A stretch of DNA of 32,326 nucleotides from Olavius algarvensis Gamma 3 endosymbiont. GTDB taxonomy: Bacteria; Pseudomonadota; Gammaproteobacteria; GCA-001735895. The stretch lies in NCBI GenBank assembly GCA_001735895.1, contig DS021198.1:1406045-1438370 (forward strand), read 5' to 3'. Below the pieces are notes generated by a model, which saw only the letters and a program-made list of their open reading frames with translations, ran no database searches and was not told where the DNA came from. Made by a program: the position numbers and the translations under genes. This document shows positions 26,787 to 32,326 of the stretch, in pieces; within the stretch, counting starts at the first letter, position 1; each line of letters opens with the position of its first letter.

Positions 26787-27350
26787 ATGAATCTGGAAAA
26801 ATTCAAACCCTGGAACTGGTTCAAACACGAGGAAAGCGATAACGACGAAAAGCGGATACCGGTGAGCCGCGAGCGGGCCGTGGATCTGCCGCTTAGCCGC
26901 AGCGGATCGTTGTTTAGCCTGCATCGCGATATGGACCGCTGGTTCGACGATGCATTCGAATCCCTGGGTATGCCGGCACTGCAATCGCCGGCTATGGCTG
27001 GCGCCGGGCTGGCGGAATTTTATCGCCCGCAAATCGATATTTCGGCTGACGCCAACCGCTATCTGATCAATCTGGACGTGCCGGGATTGACCGAGTCCGA
27101 TTTATCGCTGGAGGTCGTTCGCGACGTATTGACCATCAAGGGTCAAAAAGAGGAAAAAAGCGAAGACAAGGATAAACATTACTATCGTATGGAACGCAGT
27201 TATGGGGCGTTTCAACGCACCCTGGCTTTGCCCGACGATGCCAACGCCGACGAAATAAAAGCCAAGCTCGATAAGGGCGTACTAAAGCTCGAAATCCCGC
27301 GGCGAACCACACTTGAGCAAGACGTCAAGCGCATTTCGATTGCAACTTAA
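26787..27350 (+). CDS. Hsp20/alpha-crystallin family small heat-shock protein
   Basis: 187-aa product with an alpha-crystallin domain (…INLDVPGLTESDLSLEVVRDVLTIKGQKEE…YYRMERSYGAFQRTLALP…LKLEIPR). AGGAG RBS present. Confidence 0.85.
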   Translation: MNLEKFKPWNWFKHEESDNDEKRIPVSRERAVDLPLSRSGSLFSLHRDMDRWFDDAFESLGMPALQSPAMAGAGLAEFYRPQIDISADANRYLINLDVPGLTESDLSLEVVRDVLTIKGQKEEKSEDKDKHYYRMERSYGAFQRTLALPDDANADEIKAKLDKGVLKLEIPRRTTLEQDVKRISIAT

Positions 27351-27363
27351 ATCCTGGTTTACT

Positions 27364-27388
27364 AGACCGGTCGCCCGTCGGCCGGTCT
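27364..27388 (+). terminator. weak candidate terminator after hsp20
   Basis: AGACCGG…CCGGTCT 7-bp stem with an 11-nt loop. There is no clear T-tract. Confidence 0.25.
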
Positions 27389-27514
27389 GTATTGTCGCGG
27401 GGGAAAAGAAACGGGGGAGTGTCATCTAACGTGATCCGTTAAACTGGCAACTCGTTTTGGAGTATCGTGGTATGTTAAACCAGAGGTCGATACCCGGCCT
27501 GAACAGGCTGTGAT

Positions 27515-28174
27515 ATGGAACCTCAATCTCGACCCGACACCGCCGCCGACGCACGGCGTCTGCGAATTGCATTCGGCATCGCGGTTGCGCTCGTGATGCT
27601 GCTGTGGATGGTGAAGATTATCGAGGTCGCCGGCGGTCTCGATTTTACCCGATTCGGCATCTATCCGCAGTCTCTCGGTGGCCTCGCGGGGATAATTTTT
27701 GCGCCTTTTATCCATGCTTCCTTTGCGCATTTGTTTGCCAATACCGCGCCGTTTATCGTGATCGGCACAATGCTGTCCTACGGTTATCCGCGCGCATTCA
27801 AACTGCTGCTGCCGAGTCTCTACCTCGGCGGCGGCGCGGCGGTGTGGATGTTTGCGCGCGAGGCTTATCACATCGGCGCCAGCGGAATTGTTTTCGGCAT
27901 GTTGTTCTTCGTTCTGACGATCGGGATCCTGCGCTGGGACCGACGTGCCATCGCCCTTTCGATGGTGGTTTTTTTACTCTACGGCGGCATGGTATGGGGT
28001 GTTTTGCCGACGCTCGAGGAGATTTCCTTCGAGTCGCATTTGAGCGGCGGTTTAATCGGCCTGGTGTTGGCCTTCCTGCTTAAAAATCGTGATCCCGAGC
28101 CGCCCCGCAAACGGTACAGCTGGGAGTTGGAGGAGGCGGAGACCGACGACTTCGACTGGCCGGATCGCCTCTAG
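27515..28174 (+). CDS. rhomboid-family intramembrane serine protease
   Basis: Six TM segments. Catalytic GASG (…HIGASGIVFGML…) and His in …ESHLSGGLIGLVLAF…. Confidence 0.75.
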   Translation: MEPQSRPDTAADARRLRIAFGIAVALVMLLWMVKIIEVAGGLDFTRFGIYPQSLGGLAGIIFAPFIHASFAHLFANTAPFIVIGTMLSYGYPRAFKLLLPSLYLGGGAAVWMFAREAYHIGASGIVFGMLFFVLTIGILRWDRRAIALSMVVFLLYGGMVWGVLPTLEEISFESHLSGGLIGLVLAFLLKNRDPEPPRKRYSWELEEAETDDFDWPDRL

Positions 28175-28299
28175 CGCAAAACGATCCGATACTCATGCTA
28201 TGACAGCGGCATTGACCTGGTCGATAAACCGGATTGAGCCAGGTGTCGAGTGGTTTTCATAAAAAAACCGACTAATTTAAGATTGCACTATATGCCCAT

Positions 28300-29319
28300 T
28301 TAAGTCTCGCAGGGGATCTTGCCGTCGGGAATTTGCGGGCATAGTTTGACTATCACCTGCAGTGAATCGAGACTGGCCGCGCCGACGAACTTTATCGGGA
28401 TGTCGGGAAACCGATTAGACAGCTGGCGCTGAATTTCACGAACCTTTTCCATGACCTGTGGCGAGGTGGAGTAATAGAGTATTTCCTGCCGATCGGTTCT
28501 GACGTTGGCAATATCGTCTTGATCAATAATGAAGCCTTTATCGAACAGAACTTGCTCAATTAATTTTAAATTGTTGCGATAGAGAACGGGTTCTTCTTCA
28601 CGATAATGCACGATAATTCGAAAGCGGCTGTTTTCGAGTTTCCTTATATTCTCAATTATCGCTTCGGCCTGAACCAGGTTTGACTCGGTATCCTCTTTCA
28701 GTGAATTGATCTCGGCAATCTTGGTTTCCAGGGTTAACTGATAGTCGCCGATTTTTTCGGTATTGATCTGGCTGAGTTTCGTCAGCTTCTCATCAATTGC
28801 GGCATCCGCCGATTCGAATTTATCGTCGATTTCAGTTTTACGCTGATTCAGATCGCGCGTGATCTCGGCAAACAGTTTTTCGTTTTCAAGTTTGCTTCGG
28901 TTCATCGCCTGCAGACTGGTTTTCAGGCTATCCGTGATGGTCGTTTCGCTGGTCTTTACCAATGCGCGGTAATCCTTAGCCGCGTCAAAACCGCTGAAGC
29001 CGGCATAGGCAAGTACTCCCAACAACAGGGTAAGTGCGGTAGTACCGGCGGCAAACTGGACCTTGGCCCACTTGGTCGCTTTTTCCTGGAAGGCCTCGAG
29101 CAACTCCAGTTTGATTTTCAACGCCTCCGCATTTGCCGCCTCACTGAATTCCTTGCGGATACGATGACTCTCCTCGACTAGCGACTGATTATCAAGGGCC
29201 GTCGGCGGCAAGCCCTGATCCAGCGGATGGCCGCATTGATTGCAGTGTCGGCTGGCCGCTGGATTTTCGTGATGGCAGTGAGAGCAGGTCGGGTTCATCT
29301 GGCTACTCCTGTGGTTCAC
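28300..29319 (-). CDS. hypothetical membrane protein: N-terminal Zn ribbon, one TM helix, long coiled coil, C-terminal alpha/beta domain
   Basis: CSHCHHENPAASRHCNQCGH (two CxxC pairs); TM helix TALTLLLGVLAYAGFSGF; heptad-rich segment …KLFAEITRDLNQRKTEIDDKFESADAAIDEKLTKLSQINTEKIGDYQLTLETKIAEINSLKEDTE…. Overlaps the upstream lipoprotein gene by 17 nt. Confidence 0.5.
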   Translation of the reverse strand: MNHRSSQMNPTCSHCHHENPAASRHCNQCGHPLDQGLPPTALDNQSLVEESHRIRKEFSEAANAEALKIKLELLEAFQEKATKWAKVQFAAGTTALTLLLGVLAYAGFSGFDAAKDYRALVKTSETTITDSLKTSLQAMNRSKLENEKLFAEITRDLNQRKTEIDDKFESADAAIDEKLTKLSQINTEKIGDYQLTLETKIAEINSLKEDTESNLVQAEAIIENIRKLENSRFRIIVHYREEEPVLYRNNLKLIEQVLFDKGFIIDQDDIANVRTDRQEILYYSTSPQVMEKVREIQRQLSNRFPDIPIKFVGAASLDSLQVIVKLCPQIPDGKIPCET

Positions 29320-30209
29320 CAGCCGGGCTAGTCGATTCTAGGGAAGCTTGATGCACGCACTTGCGGCGCTCGCTTGGGGATTCGGATGCGGAATTCCTGG
29401 TCTCTGGGCTGAACTGGTAATTCTGTTTGATGAATAACATGCCGCGGATATCGAACAACTTAACCTGGTGGTTTAAATCGTCGATTGTGAGGTCTCCAAT
29501 CCGTTCCACGATCGGATCGTATTTATTATCTTTGTCCAAATCTAGATACACCGGGTGTTGTTTGCTGTAATCGATAGAAAATGCCTTGTCGGCGGCGTTG
29601 GTCGTGTCGATCATCAGATCATGGCGTACGAGGATATCCTTGAAATAGGTGGTTTTTCCCGGAATACGGGCGATATACAGGCGGTTATCCAGCGCCAGGC
29701 AGCCCCCGGCAATCGTTTTAATTGAGAAGCGTTGTGGGGCTACGTGAAAATCACCGCTGATCAGAATTGCCCCGGTCTTGTCACGAATCGCAAAATACCG
29801 TCCGGAACCTTCCAATACAATTTTTTCGAGGTCCAGGGGGGTCGAGATAAATATTGAAATTGAACAATCCCTCCATGTGAATATCCCCGCTCAGGAGTTC
29901 CTCACGAACCGAGCTGACGCCATAGAGGTTTTTGATGAGCTGCCAGTTTTTCGCGCCGATTAAATTTATAAAAATCGAATCCATGCGCCGGTCGAGTTCA
30001 TCTTCGCGCCGGCGGGACTCGAGTTTTGCGATAGCGGGTGTATCGATGCGGAAATTAAGGGTGAATTTTTCGGACTGTGAAATGCGCGCCGTTTGAATCG
30101 GAATCTGGCGCCAGATTTCCAGGTTCTCGGTGGCGCATGCGCTGAGTTGCAGCAAAATCGCGAGCAGCAGCCAGGGTTTCATATGGCGTAAAAAATCAAT
30201 CACGGGCAT
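29303..30209 (-). pseudogene. lipoprotein gene (lipobox LSAC) whose frame is broken at a C6/A6 homopolymer tract; two ORF pieces 29781..30209 and 29303..29815
   Basis: The N-terminal piece MPVIDFLRHMKPWLLLAILLQLSAC… carries a signal peptide plus lipobox. Reading the C6 tract (plus 29836-29841) as C5 makes …NIYLDPLDLEKIVLEGSGRYFAIRDK… continuous into the 170-aa ORF. Confidence 0.5.
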
Positions 30210-30637
30210 CCCTTAACTCCTGTATCGGGCCGGCCATTCCGCTGCAATGCGTCCACAGCCTGGACAAATGTCAGAATGAATCGGTAAATGATTGCCGCCC
30301 ATACTAGAAGCAATATCCACAAGATTCAATGCCTTTACCGAAATGCGGATGCTATAAGGGGAGGTTTACAATATCGGGGCGATGCCCGCGCGCATCTTGA
30401 AAAGATGCGCTACACAAAATCGCGAAAATGTCTGAAATGACAACTGCGCTACCAGTAATTGATTCGGGATGTGTGTCGCTAGATCTCGAGAAATCCCCGC
30501 TCTTTATCGATCTTGCCCGTGTTCGAGAGAAAAGCATCACATAGTGCGATTCAACAGTCGAACGCGATTAAAATGTGGCCGAGCCTCAAGATTGATGGAA
30601 TTATATTTAGTGGCGCCGACGGTTAGTCCTGTCTTAT

Positions 30638-31630
30638 TTGCATGCGAAAAATATCTCCAGTAGGCTAGTTGTACGAGCCCGCTTCCTACAGAGTTTTCTA
30701 AATCAAGACGCTACGGAGAATTACTGGTTGCAATTACTTATTTTGATATCAGTTGTACTATTGACCCTAATATCCAGTTCGTTGGCTCGAGCTGGCGAGC
30801 ATATGACTTGCAATGCAACGGATAATTATAAGTCAGCAGCTTCGAGCTTATTTGCTCTGCAGGAACCCTTGTTTGAAAATACGGGCGAATATCAGCAATG
30901 GGTAAATCGCTGTTTATTACCCTTAAGCGAATATGAACGTAGCCGACAAGCTTATTTTGCGATCGACGTTCGCGATTCGAAATCGTATTCGAGAAATCAC
31001 ATTCGCCAGTCAATAAATATGCCATTGCATGCGGTTAAGTCAAAGTCATTTCTGAAAAATAAAAAAATCCTGTTATTAGATGAGGGTGTCGAACGGGCCA
31101 GATTGATCTACGCCTGTAAGCAACTTTTCGAAACCGGGTATCCCAATGTAAAAGTCCTTCAAGGCGGCATAATCGGATTGCAAAATAACGCGAAAAATGA
31201 ACTCAAGTTTAATAAAGCAGAAGGCATTTATAGCTTAACTCCAGGAAAGCTAATTTTTGATCAACGCTACGAACCGTGGATTGTTGTAGATATTACCATC
31301 CAGCCTTCAAAGCGCCTGGTTCAATATTTCGATGCTATTTTCTCCTTTGACCAATATCCGGCAGCTAACCAGTTGCGGCATATATTTAATTCAGGGCAAT
31401 CGAATCCGACATCAGGCTCGTCGCCTTCCGTCATACTGATCGATAAAGCTGGGCAAGGTTACGAGCAATTCGAACTATGGCGAAATGAAATGTCGAGACT
31501 GCTCAAACGCGATAATATATTTTATTTACAAGGCGGCACTAAAGCCTTTGATGAATATGTAATACGGCAGCATGCTATGTTAAGAAAAAAAGAATTTGTG
31601 ATGAATAAGCCCAAAGGATGCGCGAGATGA
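30638..31630 (+). CDS. secreted/periplasmic protein with two tandem rhodanese-like domains lacking the catalytic cysteine; located in a low-GC islet
   Basis: Signal-like segment WLQLLILISVVLLTLISSSLARA. Domain 1: …AIDVRDSKSYSRNHIRQSINMP…KKILLLDEGVERARL…VKVLQGGIIG. Domain 2: …PSVILIDKAGQGY…FYLQGGTKAF. Asp/Lys replace the active-site Cys in both. The true start may be an upstream TTG. Confidence 0.55.
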   Translation: MHAKNISSRLVVRARFLQSFLNQDATENYWLQLLILISVVLLTLISSSLARAGEHMTCNATDNYKSAASSLFALQEPLFENTGEYQQWVNRCLLPLSEYERSRQAYFAIDVRDSKSYSRNHIRQSINMPLHAVKSKSFLKNKKILLLDEGVERARLIYACKQLFETGYPNVKVLQGGIIGLQNNAKNELKFNKAEGIYSLTPGKLIFDQRYEPWIVVDITIQPSKRLVQYFDAIFSFDQYPAANQLRHIFNSGQSNPTSGSSPSVILIDKAGQGYEQFELWRNEMSRLLKRDNIFYLQGGTKAFDEYVIRQHAMLRKKEFVMNKPKGCAR

Positions 31631-31759
31631 AGCGGGTTCTAAATAGTAATCGCAAATTTATAGCCTACGGCCTTACAGCAATAGCGATATTTTGACATGG
31701 TCCAATAGATTGATACCACCCAGTTAAGAGATAATGAAACTTAACTGAGGTAACGATAG

Positions 31760-32053
31760 ATGACAACGAGAAAGAAATATACGAAAGAATTCAAACTGGA
31801 TGCAGTGAGCCTGGTAACTGATCAGGGCTACAGCCGGGCGGAAGCAGCGCGAAGCCTGGGCATCAATGCCAATATGCTGTGCCGATGGGTGCAAGAGGAA
31901 CAATCGGGTGATGGCCAGGCTTTCCGTGGGAACGGCAAGCTGACACCGGATCAGGAAGAGAACCGTCGACTTAAAGCTGAAATCAAACGCCTGAAGATGG
32001 AGAAAGAAATCTTAAAAAAGGCGACGGTATTCTTTGCAGCAGAAACGAAATGA
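31760..32053 (+). CDS. IS3-family transposase OrfA
   Basis: MTTRKKYTKEFKLDAVSLVTDQGYSRAEAARSLGINANMLCRWVQE…RRLKAEIKRLKMEKEILKKA is the canonical IS3 OrfA. Confidence 0.85.
   Translation: MTTRKKYTKEFKLDAVSLVTDQGYSRAEAARSLGINANMLCRWVQEEQSGDGQAFRGNGKLTPDQEENRRLKAEIKRLKMEKEILKKATVFFAAETK
32014..32020 (+). promoter_or_regulatory. programmed -1 ribosomal frameshift site A_AAA_AAG of the IS3-family element
   Basis: Heptamer AAAAAAG lies inside orfA, about 30 nt before its stop, upstream of the -1 frame orfB. Confidence 0.6.
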
Positions 32054-32326
32054 AATACTCGTTTATCACCCAACACAAGAATACCTTTCCCGTTCGCCTG
32101 ATGTGTCAGGTGCTGGGTGTGGACCGGTCATGTTATTACCACTACCGGCGCCAGATGGACACAAGACCGCCTGATCCCGAGCATGAGGAAATGCTGGAGT
32201 GGGTTCAGCGGGTTGATGATGCGAGTGATCATACCTACGGCAGCCGACGTATGAAACGGGCCCTGAACTGTCTGGGTTATCCGGTGAGCCGGAATAAGGC
32301 GCGGAATTTGATGCGGGAGGCCGGAG
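32050..32326 (+). CDS. IS3-family transposase OrfB, N-terminal part (truncated by the window end)
   Basis: MKYSFITQHKNTFPVRLMCQVLGVDRSCYYHYRR… is the typical IS3 OrfB N-terminus, in the -1 frame relative to orfA. Confidence 0.8.
   Translation, partial: MKYSFITQHKNTFPVRLMCQVLGVDRSCYYHYRRQMDTRPPDPEHEEMLEWVQRVDDASDHTYGSRRMKRALNCLGYPVSRNKARNLMREAG

Larger units (their letters stand above)
31693..32326 (+). mobile_element. 5' portion of an IS3-family insertion sequence (continues beyond the window)
   Basis: OrfA (helix-turn-helix plus leucine zipper), A_AAA_AAG slippery heptamer, OrfB start overlapping the OrfA stop. The putative left end begins at TGACATGG… (31693), 67 nt upstream of orfA. Confidence 0.6.

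Noticed and set aside
1-32326. CRISPR arrays, rRNA, tRNA, integrons
   Set aside because: No periodic direct repeats, no rRNA-like conserved segments, no tRNA-like structures and no attC/intI-like sequences were seen on either strand.

Overview
This is a chromosomal segment of about 57% GC, probably from a beta- or gammaproteobacterium, made up mostly of conserved housekeeping synteny. Plus-strand core: yggX; then glyA-nrdR-ribD-[HslV/proteasome-like gene]-ribE, a hairpin-rich spacer, ribBA-ribH-nusB-thiL-pgpA and a retropepsin-like protease; then gltX, a class III nucleotidyl cyclase fused to an FHA domain, acnA (frame broken twice) and a small DUF1840-like gene. Minus strand at the left end: an ATP-grasp enzyme and a monocistronic ErpA/IscA-like Fe-S carrier. 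Further right: an HDAC-family amidohydrolase, an SPFH/flotillin-like gene split by a precisely bounded IS5-superfamily (IS1182-like) insertion, a YrbL-type kinase-like gene, a three-glycosyltransferase operon ending in a DksA/TraR-type zinc-finger gene, hsp20, and a rhomboid protease. The right end contains a Zn-ribbon/coiled-coil membrane protein with an upstream lipoprotein, a roughly 40% GC islet encoding a secreted tandem rhodanese-like protein, and the 5' part of an IS3-family element. The least expected item is the HslV/BPH-like Ntn-hydrolase gene joined to ribD and ribE by TGATG overlaps. Several reading frames are broken by single-base indels (acnA twice, the lipoprotein, possibly the 5' partial ORF), so the assembly may contain small indel errors. 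No tRNA, rRNA or CRISPR array was found.
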